A DNA stretch of 64,000 nucleotides from Phoronis australis (lineage: Eukaryota > Animalia > Phoronida): the NCBI GenBank assembly GCA_002633005.1, contig NMRA01000749.1, forward strand, positions 1 through 64,000. The letters run 5' to 3'. Each line of letters starts with the position of its first letter. Positions within the stretch are counted from its first letter, which is position 1. Position numbers and translations under genes: made by a program. Below the pieces are notes generated by a model. That model saw nothing but the letters and a program-made list of their open reading frames with translations. It did no database searches and was not told the origin of the DNA. Of the stretch, positions 62,801 to 64,000 are shown piece by piece.

Positions 62801-64000
62801 GTACCACAACTAATAAACAAGTTCCAAGATGGAGGATGAGACAGAGAGGTGTTATCCTTGGGAAGGACTCCCATCAATCGTTGTCACGGGAACGCATTTT
62901 TCTGTTTACCCAGGTATGGACCTTTCTATGTGCCATTCAAAGGAGGCTGCCAATCAGTGATTACCCGACTTGTTTCCATGGGGTGCTGAAAACATCAAGT
63001 ATCCCAATGGTGTTCAGCACTTGCGGAAAGGGAGATAACTCTATTACAGAGTGGGAATGGAATTCTATTGCACTGGAATGAATTTTCAACTTGTACCGAC
63101 ACCCCACTACTGATTATGTGGAACAGACCCCCTTTCTTCAAAGTCAGATCTAAAACAAATACAAATTCTACAGGACTACCCCAGCAACACCTCAACAGCA
63201 GAACCCTCTCCCCACCTCCCCACCTCCCCACTCCCCACACAATCCACAACATCCAGTGACATTTTGCAAAAATTTTGCAAACTTCAGTTGACATTATCTC
63301 TGCTGCAGCTATGGGTGTTCTTATGAAACCTAACGAGGGCTAATTAAAACTGACATCAGCACTGCCACATGCAGCAGTTATGACCAGCACACAGCAGATA
63401 TGTATACTGTGCCTATCTATCTTGTAATCAAATACATGACACTAATTTTAATTAGCGGATGGCATTTACGATGCCCTGGAAAGATGTTCCTTGACAAGCA
63501 TTAATAACTACTTGCGAAATTTTAATCATCGCTTGTTATTTAAGATGGCTGAAGATAACAGGCAATTGAAAGTATTATGGCGTTGTAAACAGAAACTCTT
63601 CCAATTAGACATCGAGAGCATAAGCTCTGAGTAATGCTAAAACCATATCACAGCTGTGAAGTTCAAATCACTGTAAAATCTCACTAATTTAATAAACTAA
63701 GTGGAAGACAAATGTAATTTATTTTTATAAAAGATAGCATAAAATAATAATAAAAAATGCCATACCAGAGGTAAGTTCTATATCATACTGTCAAACAATA
63801 TTTTGAGAAATTGCAAGCATTCGTAACAAGGTCAGAAGCCTTTGAAAAATCAATTTTGGCATTTTGCCTATAATTTTTGTTTGAGATTAATGAGAATTTA
63901 CCATAGCAGAAAATAACGACTCATTCAATGATAGGTAAATCACCATTCCATCGCAACATTCACTCAACTCAAGATGAGTCACAACAGCAGACTACTATTC

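Overview
Eukaryotic (metazoan, probably a highly heterozygous invertebrate) genomic scaffold, not prokaryotic. 0.6-6.1 kb is a degraded minus-strand Ty3/Gypsy pol fragment, interrupted by a 5'-truncated LINE with an 11-bp target-site duplication (TSD) and by a second unrelated insert. 8.1-45.4 kb is a plus-strand ATRX orthologue: I traced 30 coding exons with consistent GT-AG phases (6558 nt, about 2185 aa; ADD domain, acidic/basic linker, DAXX-binding-like helix, SNF2 helicase, Q-rich tail). 51.4-59.8 kb is the 3' part of a convergent minus-strand KLHL1/4/5-group BTB-BACK-kelch gene whose 5' exons are not visible here. Three tandem duplications of exon blocks each abut a single 'n' and are most likely uncollapsed haplotypes, which expose allelic amino-acid differences and large indels. 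Introns and UTRs carry hAT-, Harbinger- and pogo-like MITEs, DINE-1/Helentron-type elements and minisatellites. I found no convincing novel biological system. The most unusual signals are a decayed tandem array built from an ATRX exon/donor junction, a 44-bp G-rich duplication flanking a hAT-like MITE, a ~65-bp direct repeat flanking the LTR-less Gypsy fragment, and a structured TATA-repeat LINE 3' UTR. All coordinates and alignments were read by eye.
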